A DNA stretch of 64,000 nucleotides from Pseudomonadota bacterium (GCA_039187815.1 JBCCZI010000003.1:39535-103534); one strand, 5' to 3'; shown: positions 9,799 to 18,984, numbered from the stretch's first letter. The notes: generated by a model not told the origin, from the sequence alone. Numbers and translations: made by a program.

Positions 9799-10290
9799 AT
9801 GCCCTTCTACTATGACAGCAATGTGGTGGTGCTGATCAGCTTGGTGCTGTTCTTCGCCATCCTCTACCGCTTCGGCGTACACACCATGCTGTTCAGCGCG
9901 CTCGACGCGCGAGCGAACCGGATCAAGAACGAGATCGACGAGGCGCGGCGCTTGCGCGAGGAAGCCCAGGCCACATTTGCCGAGTTCGAGCGCAAGCAAA
10001 GAGAGGTCGCCTCGCAGGCCGAGGACATCGTGACTCATGCGCGCGAGGAGGCTGAAACCGCCGCGGCGAAAGCCCGCGAGGAACTGAAGCAGTCGATCGA
10101 GCGCCGCCTCCGCGCCGCCGACGAGCAGATCGCGATGGCCGAGCAAAGCGCTGTCCGCGCCGTGAAGAACCGGGCCGTCGAGGTCGCGGTCGCCGCCGCC
10201 TCTCGCGTCATCACCGACCGCCTCGGCGACGCCAAAGCCGATGCGCTGATCGACGACTCGATCAAGGCCGTGGGCGCGCGCCTCCACTGA
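9799..10290 (+). CDS. atpF: F0F1 ATP synthase subunit b
   Basis: N-terminal TM, LDARANRIKNEIDEARRLREEA coiled coil. Confidence 0.92.
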   Translation: MPFYYDSNVVVLISLVLFFAILYRFGVHTMLFSALDARANRIKNEIDEARRLREEAQATFAEFERKQREVASQAEDIVTHAREEAETAAAKAREELKQSIERRLRAADEQIAMAEQSAVRAVKNRAVEVAVAAASRVITDRLGDAKADALIDDSIKAVGARLH

Positions 10291-10303
10291 CCGCCCGCTT
10301 GAA

Positions 10304-10330
10304 CCGGAGCGCCAGGACTCGGCGCTTCGG
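10304..10330. terminator. Hairpin downstream of atpF (possible bidirectional terminator)
   Basis: CCGGAGCGCC-aggactc-GGCGCTTCGG 10-bp stem (one G-U pair) between convergent genes; no clear U-tract. Confidence 0.5.
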
Positions 10331-10333
10331 ATC

Positions 10334-10796
10334 CTATGGCCTCAACGCCACCTCCGAGACCGTGAGCGCCACCGGGCCGAAAGGCAGGGCTATAAGCCCA
10401 TACGTCCGAACTCACGCCGACGCAGGATAGGCACCAAATCGCTTCCGAGCACAACACCACCCAGGCCGTATCCCGGTTGTGGAACAGGTGACGCTCTTGG
10501 GGAGGCGACAAGTCTCCGCTTACCGTTAGCCGCCCGGTCATCCGTTCCACATCCGCATAGCCATGGTTCAACGCGTTGTCATGGCTGTGCAGAAACAGCA
10601 TCAGCAGTGCGCGGCGAAGCACGGACGCCCAAAAGCCGCGTACCCCGATCACGGGATCATTGCCCGCCTGATGGAAGCTGAAAACGCCCCGTGAAAACAT
10701 GGACCCAACCTAGTCGGACGTCGCACCTTTGCGGGGCAGTGCGTCTAGAAAGCCGCCAACGCCACCCCAAGAAGGTGCAAGGCGCTTTGACCGCAC
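10334..10796 (-). pseudogene. Degenerate tandem paralog of the adjacent Imm21-like gene (nonsense codon plus frameshift)
   Basis: Hand translation: KRLAPSWGG...TSD* (TAG at 10712-10710) then MFSRG..FHQAGNDPVIG..RHLFHNRDTAWVVL, then a shifted frame TYGLIALPFGPVALTVSEV; each block aligns to the 10813-11424 protein. Confidence 0.75.
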
Positions 10797-10935
10797 TCCC
10801 CCACATGGCGGGTTACATCGCGAGACCTTGAGTTGCGGCACATGGCTCAGGCCCCTCGAAACGGAGCGCTAGGACGTGGCGTTTAGGGTCGGCTGGCTCG
10901 AACGGCACCTCCGAGACCGTGAGCGCCACCGGGCC
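10349..10935 (+). repeat. Perfect 30-bp direct repeat shared by the two paralogs (10349-10378 and 10906-10935)
   Basis: CACCTCCGAGACCGTGAGCGCCACCGGGCC identical in both copies. Confidence 0.95.
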
Positions 10936-11424
10936 AAAGGGCAGACTAAGCCCGATATAGTCTCCCGCTCCCCACGAAATGCGTCCATCGAAGATCACCC
11001 AGACCCGGTCTCGGTTGGCAAACCCGTGCCGGTCTCGCGGCGCTTCGGGCGCATCGCAAACGGGCAGCCGCGCCGCAGAGGCTCGCACCGTGGCGTCCAT
11101 GTAATCCGGGCTCTCGATCCAATGGCTGTAGAGAAGCTGTGGGCTGCGCCGAAACACCGTTGGCTCGTGGCCATTCAGCTGGATCACGGTATCGGTACCG
11201 GCCGCGTGCAGCCGCACGGAAGGCATCTCTGACACCAGCGTCTCTGGTGGCTCGACGAAATGGCCGTAATCGCTGTTCTCGTCGTCCCGGGCGCAAGGCC
11301 CGAGCAGAACGCCCTTGTTCGACCATCCGCCCCAATGCCGGGCCAGCCGCTTTGGCAGACACACAAGATCGCCCGTGTCCCCCTCGATCCGGGTGACACG
11401 TCGGGATCTCGATCCGAATCGCAA
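10813..11424 (-). CDS. Imm21-like polymorphic-toxin immunity protein (putative)
   Basis: RIEGDTGDLVCLPKRLARHWGG...SDYGHF resembles the Imm21 N-terminal ESxGGPL..P....WxG..DY pattern; TTG start 16 nt after rplS; rare codons (CTA) and TAA stop. Confidence 0.5.
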   Translation of the reverse strand: MRFGSRSRRVTRIEGDTGDLVCLPKRLARHWGGWSNKGVLLGPCARDDENSDYGHFVEPPETLVSEMPSVRLHAAGTDTVIQLNGHEPTVFRRSPQLLYSHWIESPDYMDATVRASAARLPVCDAPEAPRDRHGFANRDRVWVIFDGRISWGAGDYIGLSLPFGPVALTVSEVPFEPADPKRHVLALRFEGPEPCAATQGLAM

Positions 11425-11439
11425 GGTCTGCGGGCGCGC

Positions 11440-11841
11440 TTACTCGGCGGCTGCGTCCTCGCCCCCCTTGGGCTTTGGCGCGCGGTAGTTCGTCTTCTCG
11501 ACGATGCGGGCCGATTTGCCCCGGCGCGAGCGGAGATAGTAGAGCTTGGCCCGGCGCACCTTGCCGCGGCGCACCACGGTGATCGCGTCGATCTGCGGCG
11601 AATAGAGCGGGAACACACGCTCCACACCCTCGCCAAAGCTGATCTTGCGCACGGTGAACGAGGCCGCGAGCGTGGAGCCGCCGCGGCGGCTGATGCACAC
11701 GCCCTCGAAGTTCTGGACACGGGTGCGGGTGCCCTCGGTCACCTTCACGCCGACGCGCAGGGTGTCGCCGGGGGCGAAATCGGGAATGGTCTTGCCGAGC
11801 GCCTGGATTTGCTCGGCCTCGAGCTGCTGGATCAGATCCAT
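11440..11841 (-). CDS. rplS: 50S ribosomal protein L19
   Basis: [42 protein letters not shown]. Confidence 0.98.
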   Translation of the reverse strand: MDLIQQLEAEQIQALGKTIPDFAPGDTLRVGVKVTEGTRTRVQNFEGVCISRRGGSTLAASFTVRKISFGEGVERVFPLYSPQIDAITVVRRGKVRRAKLYYLRSRRGKSARIVEKTNYRAPKPKGGEDAAAE

Positions 11842-11844
11842 CGG

Positions 11845-12729
11845 TCAGTCCTCATCATGCCCGCCGTTTGCGGCGGAGGTTTTGGTGCCCGAGAGCTCTC
11901 GGTCTCCCTCGGTGCCGTCTCGCGTCGCGAGATGGGCCCGCCAGAGGTCGGGGCGCCTTGCTTGTGTCAGCCTTTCCGCCTGGGAGAGCCGCCATTCGGC
12001 GATCCGCCCGTGGTGCCCGGAGAGGAGAGTCTCCGGGATCGGGCGCCCCTCCCAAACCTGGGGCCGCGTATAGTGCGGATGCTCAAGAAGCCCCCGCGAG
12101 AAACTTTCGTCCTCCGGGCTCTCGGCATTGCCAAGCACCCCGGGTCGGAGCCTCAGCACCGCGTCGAGCACGGCCATCGCTGCAATCTCGCCTCCGGAGA
12201 GAACGAAATCGCCGATCGAGAGCTCCTCGACCCCGCGCGCCTCAAGCACGCGCTGATCTATGCCCTCGAACCGCCCGCAGAGCAGCACCGCACCCGGGCC
12301 GTCTGCCAGCGCCCGCGCGCGCGCCTGATCGAACGGCTGCCCGCGCGGAGAGAGACACAAAATAGGCCGCCCTTCGACCCGTCCAGGGCCCGAGCGAACC
12401 GCAAAGTCCAGTGCCGCCGCAACGACATCGGCCCGCATCACCATGCCAGGCCCGCCCCCCGCAGGGGTGTCGTCCACAGTGCGGTGCTTATCGCGTGCAA
12501 ATCGGCGGATGTCTAGAGCTTCGAGCGTCCACAGCCCCTGGTCGAGTGCCTTGCCCGTCAGTGAAACGCCGAGCGCTCCGGGGAACATCGCCGGGAACAG
12601 CGTCAGCACGGTGGCGGCAAAGGCGCCGGGGCGTCGGCGGTCCTCCATCAGAGGCCGGGGCTGGGCGCTGACCACCGGTTGGCGCAGGCCATGGCTCCGC
12701 GGCGCCTCGGGGTCCGAGGGCCCGCTCAT
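11845..12729 (-). CDS. trmD: tRNA (guanine-N1)-methyltransferase
   Basis: [60 protein letters not shown]. Confidence 0.97.
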   Translation of the reverse strand: MSGPSDPEAPRSHGLRQPVVSAQPRPLMEDRRRPGAFAATVLTLFPAMFPGALGVSLTGKALDQGLWTLEALDIRRFARDKHRTVDDTPAGGGPGMVMRADVVAAALDFAVRSGPGRVEGRPILCLSPRGQPFDQARARALADGPGAVLLCGRFEGIDQRVLEARGVEELSIGDFVLSGGEIAAMAVLDAVLRLRPGVLGNAESPEDESFSRGLLEHPHYTRPQVWEGRPIPETLLSGHHGRIAEWRLSQAERLTQARRPDLWRAHLATRDGTEGDRELSGTKTSAANGGHDED

Positions 12730-13157
12730 GCCAACACGCGTCCCCCCGGCGCAACCGACCGGCGGCCCAATGGCTCCGAAAAGCGCAAGCGGTGGCCGTC
12801 GGGATCCGAGAAGACCGCGTGGCGCTGGCCGGTGAAGGCGCCGCCGAGGCGATACCAGGCCTCTTCGGGCTGGCGAAAGGCCGCCAGACCCGCGCGCTTG
12901 GCCCGCTCCAGCAGCGGTGCGAGGGCCTCGACCATCATGTCGAGATGCACCCCGCATCCGGACTGCACTGCGGGCACGATCCGCCATGCATCCGGGCCGA
13001 GCGCCTCGAGCATCACCCGCTCACCGCCGAGATCCAGCAGGGCAAAGCCCGCCCGCTCGTGCAACAATGAGAAGCCAAAGATCTGCGTGTAGACCTGCAA
13101 GCTCCTCCGGAAATTGCGGCAATAGAGTTCGGGCACGAGACGGGGCGGCGGCGTCAT
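12726..13157 (-). CDS. VOC/bleomycin-resistance family protein
   Basis: LVPELYC...FGF..ER...MLE...DPDGHRLRF; ATGA overlaps with rimM and trmD. Confidence 0.8.
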   Translation of the reverse strand: MTPPPRLVPELYCRNFRRSLQVYTQIFGFSLLHERAGFALLDLGGERVMLEALGPDAWRIVPAVQSGCGVHLDMMVEALAPLLERAKRAGLAAFRQPEEAWYRLGGAFTGQRHAVFSDPDGHRLRFSEPLGRRSVAPGGRVLA

Positions 13158-13675
13158 TCTGCGTCCTCCTCCAGGTAGCGGGGCGGGTCGACCACCACGC
13201 GGCCAAGCGCAAGATCGATCGTGGGCACCGAGGCCCGGGTGAACGGGACCAGCAGGCCGTCGGTTCCGGGTGCTGCGATCTCGAGCACGTCGCCGGCGCC
13301 ATGGTCGTGAACCGCACGGATCTCTCCCATCTGCGCGCCGCCGGTGTCGACGACTTCGAGCCCGATCAGATCGGCGTGGTAGAATTCATCCTCGGGCGCT
13401 GCGGGCAGGCGGGCCCGCGGCACGAACAGTTGGGTCCCGCGAAGCGCCTCGGCCTCTTCGCGGGTGGCGATCCCCGACAGCCGCGCGGCAAACCCGCCTT
13501 TGACCTCACGAGTGATCCGCACCGTGAAGGCGCGGTCATCGGCGTCGAGAACCGGGCCATAGGATGCGATCGCCCGCGGCTCTGAGCAAAAACTCTTGAG
13601 GCGCACCTCGCCGCTCACGCCGAAGGCCCCGGCAATGGCACCGACGCAGATCATGGGCTCGCGCTCAGCCGCCAT
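13154..13675 (-). CDS. rimM: Ribosome maturation factor RimM
   Basis: VGAIAGAFGVSGEV, REEAEALRG, EFYHADLIG, HGAGDVLEI, LVPF. Confidence 0.95.
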   Translation of the reverse strand: MAAEREPMICVGAIAGAFGVSGEVRLKSFCSEPRAIASYGPVLDADDRAFTVRITREVKGGFAARLSGIATREEAEALRGTQLFVPRARLPAAPEDEFYHADLIGLEVVDTGGAQMGEIRAVHDHGAGDVLEIAAPGTDGLLVPFTRASVPTIDLALGRVVVDPPRYLEEDAE

Positions 13676-13818
13676 GGCAGGCCCTCCCGCGGCCGCGCGA
13701 CGGCGCCAAGCGGCCGCGCGCCACAAACCGCGGCGCGATCCTCAGGACTGCGCGCGCCCGCAAGAGCACCGGCAAACCTTTGCAGACAGCGACCATACGC
13801 GTGCCCTCTCCCAATGCC

Positions 13819-14217
13819 TCACTCGGCGGCAGCTTCCCCAGCGGGGGCGGCCTCGGCTTCGGCGGCGGCGTCGGCCGCGGCCTGCGCCTTCTCGGCCCGC
13901 TCCTTGGCGCGCTCGGACATCTTTTTGCCGGGCTCGGCCTTTTTGGGGTTGTTGCGGGTGGACTTCGGCAAAACGTCGGCCGCTTCAAGGAAGCGCGCGA
14001 TCCGGTCGGTCGGGGTGGCGCCCTCGCCCAGCCAGTGCTTCACCCGCTCGAGATCCATGGTCACCCGCTGCTCGCTGTCCTTGGGCAGCAGCGGATTGTA
14101 GGTGCCCAGCCGCTCGATATAGCGCCCATCGCGGGGCATGCGGCTGTCGGCCGCGACGATGCGGTAGAACGGGCGCTTCTTGGAGCCCCCGCGGGCGAGA
14201 CGGATTTTGATGGCCAT
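13819..14217 (-). CDS. rpsP: 30S ribosomal protein S16
   Basis: [35 protein letters not shown]. Confidence 0.98.
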   Translation of the reverse strand: MAIKIRLARGGSKKRPFYRIVAADSRMPRDGRYIERLGTYNPLLPKDSEQRVTMDLERVKHWLGEGATPTDRIARFLEAADVLPKSTRNNPKKAEPGKKMSERAKERAEKAQAAADAAAEAEAAPAGEAAAE

Positions 14218-14271
14218 ATCTTGGTCCTCTTGTTCTTTGGTTCGTCGTGGTTTCGATGTGGCAGCGGAGGC

Positions 14272-14580
14272 TCAGCGCCCCCCGTCCTCTTGGAACTGCC
14301 GGTGGTGGCGAATCACTTCGTCGATGACGAAGCGCAGGAACTTCTTGGCAAAGACCGGGTCGAGCCCGCTCTCGGTCGCCAGGCGCTCGAGCCGCTCGAT
14401 CTGGCGGGCCTCACGCGAAGGATCGGCAGCGGGCAAGGCGTGCCCGGCCTTCAGCCGCCCGACCGCCTGGGTGCAGCGAAAGCGCTCGGCCAGCGTGTGC
14501 ACCAGGATGGCGTCGAGATTGTCGATCGAGTGGCGGAGCTCCGCCAGCAGGGCCTCGGCCCGCGCGGTGTCATCGGTCAT
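14272..14580 (-). CDS. Chorismate mutase (AroQ type)
   Basis: LRHSIDNLDAILVHTLAERFRCTQAVGRLKA...DP.RE. Confidence 0.9.
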   Translation of the reverse strand: MTDDTARAEALLAELRHSIDNLDAILVHTLAERFRCTQAVGRLKAGHALPAADPSREARQIERLERLATESGLDPVFAKKFLRFVIDEVIRHHRQFQEDGGR

Positions 14581-15110
14581 GCCATCGCCTCCCTTTGGGT
14601 CCGATCGGGGTGGGGCAGCGCATAGACGTCTCGGGTCGCGCCGTCGGGAAAACGCTCGCGCGCGATGACCCATCCGCCGAGGCGCCGGGCCAGCGCATGG
14701 GCCGCGGCGTTCTCGTCGCGCATATGCGTCTCGACCGGATCGAGGCCGAGGACGTCATAGCCCCAGCGGATGGCGGCAACGGATGCCTCGGTCGCGAGAC
14801 CCGCGCCGCGCGCCTCTTCGGCCAGCCACCAGGTCAGCTCGTGCCGTGGCCAGCCGGGCGGATGCACGAGGCCACACCCCCCGACCGCCTGCCCATCCGA
14901 CCGGCGCTCGAGGATCCACTTTCCGTGCCCCCGCAGCGCCCAATGCCCGCGATCCGCCGCCAAGCGTTGGAACGCCTCATCGGGGCGCAACGGCCCGCCA
15001 TAAAAGGCGCTCGGCCCATCGGCGCGACCCAGGAACGCCGCATAGAGCGCGTGGTCCGCGGTCTCTGGCGCACGCAGGATCAGCCGCGGAGTCTCGAGCA
15101 CCGGGATCAT
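14577..15110 (-). CDS. RimJ/RimL-type GNAT N-acetyltransferase (copy 5 of 5 in transcription order)
   Basis: PVLETPRLILR, GHWALRGHGKW, HELTWWL, GAGLATEA, NAAA..LARRLG. Confidence 0.9.
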   Translation of the reverse strand: MIPVLETPRLILRAPETADHALYAAFLGRADGPSAFYGGPLRPDEAFQRLAADRGHWALRGHGKWILERRSDGQAVGGCGLVHPPGWPRHELTWWLAEEARGAGLATEASVAAIRWGYDVLGLDPVETHMRDENAAAHALARRLGGWVIARERFPDGATRDVYALPHPDRTQREAMA

Positions 15111-15631
15111 GCCGCCACCTCGGCCAAGGCTGTTGGCCCGCGATGCCGATGCACCCCAAGAAGGACGTCGCCCATCTGGAAATCATACTCATGCACCGCC
15201 CCCAGGCGCTCGGCAACGCGGAGCGAGGGGCCGTTCTCGGCCACGATCGAACTGACCGCCGTCGTCCAGCCCAGATCCTCATAGCCAAAGCGCAAAGCGC
15301 GCAGGGCCGCCTCGGTGGCATAGCCTTTGCCGAGTGCACCGTCGCACAACATCCAGGTGATCTCAGGCTCAGGAAAGCCCTCTGGGAACCACGGACCGGC
15401 AAGGCCGACGAATGCGCCGCTCGCCTTCTCCTCGAGCGCGAAGGGGCCATAGCCGCGCACCATCCAGTGGCCGGAAAAGACGGCAAACTTCCGCCAGGCC
15501 TCGGGGCGCGGCGCCGGGCCGCCGTAAAAGGCAGACCGCTCGCTGGCGAAGAACGCCGCCACGGGGGCGAAATCCGTCGCCTCGCGGAAGGGGCGCAGAA
15601 CCAGGCGCGCGCTGTCGATCGTAGGGATCAT
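15107..15631 (-). CDS. RimJ/RimL-type GNAT N-acetyltransferase (copy 4 of 5)
   Basis: IDSARLVLRP, GHWMVRGYGPF, PEPEITW, GKGYATEA, N.PS.RVAERLG. Confidence 0.9.
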   Translation of the reverse strand: MIPTIDSARLVLRPFREATDFAPVAAFFASERSAFYGGPAPRPEAWRKFAVFSGHWMVRGYGPFALEEKASGAFVGLAGPWFPEGFPEPEITWMLCDGALGKGYATEAALRALRFGYEDLGWTTAVSSIVAENGPSLRVAERLGAVHEYDFQMGDVLLGVHRHRGPTALAEVAA

Positions 15632-16140
15632 CGCGCGCCCTCGGGGCCTGGATGGCGATAGACGAAATCGATCTCGTCGGCTTTCTCGGCCGCAGGATCG
15701 AGCACGGCGCCCATCCGCTCGGCCAGACGGATCGACCGGGCATTGTCGGGCTCGATATAGCTGACCAGCGTCTTGGTCCCGTATACGCGGTAGTCATGGT
15801 CCCTGGCGGCCATGGCGGCCTCATAGGCCAGGCCCTTGCCCTCCGCCTCGGCCCAGATCAGCCAACCGAGCTCACGCTCCGGGAATCCCTCGGGATGCCA
15901 GACGCCGACCTGTCCCAACGAGCGATCGGTGCTCTTCAGCGTGACCACCCAAGGACCATAGCCGTGCAGGGACCAATGCCCGGCCTCGACGGCAAAGGCC
16001 TTCCATGCGGCCAACCGTGTCTGCACCCGCCCGACATATTGGGCGCGGTCCGAGGTGATGAAGCCGAGATAGGACTCGAAGTCCTGTGGCTTGGGCGGGC
16101 GCAGCACCAGACGCTCGGTCTCGAGAACAGGGCCGCTCAT
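15628..16140 (-). CDS. RimJ/RimL-type GNAT N-acetyltransferase (copy 3 of 5)
   Basis: VLETERLVLR, GHWSLHGYGPW, PERELGW, EGKGLAYEA, NARSIRLAERMG. Confidence 0.9.
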   Translation of the reverse strand: MSGPVLETERLVLRPPKPQDFESYLGFITSDRAQYVGRVQTRLAAWKAFAVEAGHWSLHGYGPWVVTLKSTDRSLGQVGVWHPEGFPERELGWLIWAEAEGKGLAYEAAMAARDHDYRVYGTKTLVSYIEPDNARSIRLAERMGAVLDPAAEKADEIDFVYRHPGPEGAR

Positions 16141-16697
16141 GCCGCCACCCCATGGCGCCAGATATTGCCGCCAAGCCGCGCGCTGGCCTCGGCGTCGATC
16201 CGAGCGCCGAGCCGCGCGGCCAGCGCGTTCGAGGGCGCGTTGCTCACCCGCACGCAGCTCACGAACTCGGGCATGAGGCCAAGGCCCCAGTCGCGCACCG
16301 CCGCAGCGGCCTCGGTGGCATAGCCTTGCCCGCGCGCCTCCTCGGCAAAAAACCAGCCGAGTTCGGGTTCCTCATCGGCCCACTCATAGCCGAGAAAGAC
16401 AAAGCCGAGGCCCGCAGCATCGGCGCGCCGCAGCACTGTGAATGGCCCATGCCCGTGCAGCAGCCAGCATGCGACGCTGCCGCAAAAGGTCTCCCACGCG
16501 GCCGCCGGGCTGGCCGGGCCGTCGAGATATTCGGAGCCCGGCCCGGCCGAGATCCGCGCCCACAAAGGGAAATCGCCGACCTCAGGGGCCCGGAGCCGCA
16601 ACCGCTCGGTCTCGAGAACCGGCAGCGCGCCGGCATAGCACCGGGCGGCCTCGGCCGCAGCGCCAACTGGCGCCTGGGTGCAAGCGGCCAGGGTCAT
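16137..16697 (-). CDS. RimJ/RimL-type GNAT N-acetyltransferase (copy 2 of 5)
   Basis: VLETERLRLR, WLLHGHGPF, EPELGW, RGQGYATEA, NAPS.ALAARLG. Confidence 0.88.
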   Translation of the reverse strand: MTLAACTQAPVGAAAEAARCYAGALPVLETERLRLRAPEVGDFPLWARISAGPGSEYLDGPASPAAAWETFCGSVACWLLHGHGPFTVLRRADAAGLGFVFLGYEWADEEPELGWFFAEEARGQGYATEAAAAVRDWGLGLMPEFVSCVRVSNAPSNALAARLGARIDAEASARLGGNIWRHGVAA

Positions 16698-17212
16698 GCC
16701 GCAGCCGTGTTCGGGACCGTGTGGCGGTAGACATGGATGCTGGGCGCCGTCGCGGGCCGGACCGCCGCCTCGTCCCACACGGCGCCGAGACGCTTAGCAA
16801 ATCCGATCGAGCGGTCATTGGCCGGCGCGATATAGCTCACCAGGCTGGCCGGGCGGACATGGCGCAGGCCCCAGGCAAGCGCCGCCTCCGCCGCCTCGCG
16901 GGCATAGCCGCGGCCCTCGGCCTCGGCAAAGAGCGTCCAGCCGATCTCGACTTCTGGGTTCTTTGGCGGATGATGCAGACCCACGGTGCCGATGGGCGCG
17001 CCCTCGGCCTCGACCATCCACCAGCCAAAGCCCTTAAGCGCCCAGTGGCCGGGCTCGGCGGCAAAGATCTGCCAAACCTCGGCCTCGGATTTGGGCCCAC
17101 CGATATGCTCCGCACGGTCCGAGGCATAGAACGCCACATAGGGCGCGAAATCCGTGCGCCGATGCCCGCGCAGAACCAGTCGCTCGGTGGTGAGGACCGG
17201 CACCTCGGTCAT
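16694..17212 (-). CDS. RimJ/RimL-type GNAT N-acetyltransferase (copy 1 of 5)
   Basis: VLTTERLVLR, GHWALKGFGWW, PEVEIGW, EGRGYAREA, NDRSI.FAKRLG. Confidence 0.9.
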   Translation of the reverse strand: MTEVPVLTTERLVLRGHRRTDFAPYVAFYASDRAEHIGGPKSEAEVWQIFAAEPGHWALKGFGWWMVEAEGAPIGTVGLHHPPKNPEVEIGWTLFAEAEGRGYAREAAEAALAWGLRHVRPASLVSYIAPANDRSIGFAKRLGAVWDEAAVRPATAPSIHVYRHTVPNTAAA

Positions 17213-18738
17213 TTCTTCTTCCCGAATCCCGAGAGGCCCGGCGGCAGCGGCAGGCCCGGTTTGACCGGCCCGCCGAGCCCTGGCAGGCCGCCGGGCAAGC
17301 CACCCGGCCCGCCCATGGGCGGCAGGCCCGGCGCCGCGCCAGACGCTCCGCCCGGCATCCCCGGCATCATGCCCGGCGGCATACCGCCCTTGCCCATCAG
17401 CTGGCCCATCAGGCCGCGCATACCGCCTTTGCCCATACGGCCCATCTTCTTCATCATGTCCGCCATCTGGCGGTGCATCTTCAGCAGGCGATTGACGTCC
17501 TGCACCGCGAGGCCCGAGCCTTTGGCGACCCGCTCCTTGCGGCTCGCCTTCATCAGATCGGGCTTCTTGCGCTCGTCCTTGGTCATCGACTGGATGATCG
17601 CGATCTGGCGGCGGATCACCTTGTCGTCAAAGCCCGCCTCGCCCATCTGCTTGGCCATTTTGCCCATGCCGGGGAGCATGCCCATCACCCCTTGCATGCC
17701 GCCCATGTTCTGCATCTGCTCGAGCTGGTTGCGCAGGTCGTTCATGTCGAAGCGGCCCTTTTGGAACCGCTTGAGCATGCGCTCGGCCTCTTTCTGCTCG
17801 ATCTGCTCCTGGGCCTTCTCGACTAGGCTGACGATGTCGCCCATGCCGAGGATGCGGCCCGCAACCCGCTCCGGATGGAACTCCTCAATGGCGTCCATCT
17901 TCTCGCCGAGGCCGACGAATTTGATCGGCTTGCCTGTCACCGCGCGCATCGAGAGCGCCGCACCGCCGCGCCCGTCGCCGTCCATGCGCGTCAGTACGAC
18001 ACCCGAGATGCCGATGCGCCCGTCAAAGTTCTCGGCCGTGTTGACCGCGTCCTGGCCGGTGAGGCCATCGACCACCAGCAGTGTCTCGTTTGGCTTGGCA
18101 GTGTCGCGGACCGCCTCGACCTCACCCATCAGCTCGTCGTCGATCGAGAGGCGGCCGGCGGTGTCGAGCATCACCACGTCATAGCCGCCCAGCATCGCCT
18201 GCTGCTTTGCCCGCTTGGCGATGGCGACCGCGTCCTGGCCCTGGATGATGGGCAGGGTGTCGACCCCGATCTGCTTGCCGAGGACGGCCAGCTGCTCCAT
18301 CGCCGCAGGCCGGCGGGTGTCGAGCGAGGCCATCAGCACCCGCTTGCCGTCGCGCTCCTGGATCCGGCGGGCGAGTTTGGCGGTGGTGGTGGTCTTGCCC
18401 GAGCCCTGGAGCCCGACCATCAGGATCGTCGCGGGCGGGCTGTCGATCTTGAGCGCACCGGGCTCCGGGTCGTCGCCCGCCAGCATGCGCACCATCTCGT
18501 CATGGACGATCTTCACGACCATCTGGCCCGGCGTGACCGATTTCAGGACCGATTGGCCGGTCGCCTTGTCCTGGATGTCCTTGATGAAGGACCGCGCGAC
18601 GGGCAGCGAGACATCGGCCTCGAGCAGCGCCACCCGGATCTCGCGCATGGCCGAGGTGACATCGGCCTCGGTCAACGCGCCTTTGCCGGTCAGCGCACCA
18701 AGGGCGCCGGAGAGGCGGTCGGACAAGCTCTCGAACAT
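17209..18738 (-). CDS. ffh: Signal recognition particle protein Ffh
   Basis: MFESLSDRL, GLQGSGKTTT, DTAGR, TRMDGDGRGGAALS, M-domain; Gly/Pro/Met-rich tail. Confidence 0.98.
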   Translation of the reverse strand: MFESLSDRLSGALGALTGKGALTEADVTSAMREIRVALLEADVSLPVARSFIKDIQDKATGQSVLKSVTPGQMVVKIVHDEMVRMLAGDDPEPGALKIDSPPATILMVGLQGSGKTTTTAKLARRIQERDGKRVLMASLDTRRPAAMEQLAVLGKQIGVDTLPIIQGQDAVAIAKRAKQQAMLGGYDVVMLDTAGRLSIDDELMGEVEAVRDTAKPNETLLVVDGLTGQDAVNTAENFDGRIGISGVVLTRMDGDGRGGAALSMRAVTGKPIKFVGLGEKMDAIEEFHPERVAGRILGMGDIVSLVEKAQEQIEQKEAERMLKRFQKGRFDMNDLRNQLEQMQNMGGMQGVMGMLPGMGKMAKQMGEAGFDDKVIRRQIAIIQSMTKDERKKPDLMKASRKERVAKGSGLAVQDVNRLLKMHRQMADMMKKMGRMGKGGMRGLMGQLMGKGGMPPGMMPGMPGGASGAAPGLPPMGGPGGLPGGLPGLGGPVKPGLPLPPGLSGFGKKK

Positions 18739-18759
18739 GCACGCTCCTCGTCGCCAGGG

Positions 18760-18866
18760 GGCCGCAAATCGACCCGGCACAATGCCACACGCGCCGGTGG
18801 GCGCAACGCGCTGACCGACGGCGATCCCGCACCATGCGGGACCGGAAAGCCTGTGCTCTCCGGGAT
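18760..18866 (-). ncRNA. Structured ffh 5' leader (candidate alphaproteobacterial ffh RNA motif)
   Basis: ~125-nt leader with hairpin TCCCGC-N5-GCGGGA (18825-18841) and CAGCGCG..CGCCC.CCGG segment; resemblance to the known motif is from memory only. Confidence 0.4.
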
Positions 18867-18872
18867 GCGCGC

Positions 18873-18901
18873 GTCCTACGCCCATGGGACCACACTGTCA
18901 A
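18873..18901 (-). promoter_or_regulatory. Putative sigma70 promoter of the ffh operon
   Basis: Minus strand TTGACA (18901-18896), 17-nt spacer, TAGGAC (18878-18873). Confidence 0.55.
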
Positions 18902-18984
18902 TGCGCGAGATCAAGCCAGAGGCCGCCCGTTTGTGCATACTGCGCCCATCGCCCCCAAAGGCCACGGCAGAGTGCGAGGCAGAG

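Noticed and set aside
10035-10700. 221-aa minus-strand ORF taken as an intact gene
   Set aside because: Only its first ~90 codons match the neighbouring paralog; the rest is post-frameshift read-through antisense to atpF. Treated as part of a pseudogene.
13665-13796. Possible 43-aa ORF with a GGAGAGG RBS between rpsP and rimM
   Set aside because: Arg/Ala-rich composition typical of non-coding GC-rich frames; no recognisable motif; overlaps the rimM start out of frame.
17209-17420. Repetitive GGC/CCG-rich sequence at the ffh 3' end
   Set aside because: Encodes the low-complexity Gly/Pro/Met tail common in rhodobacteral Ffh; not a DNA repeat element.
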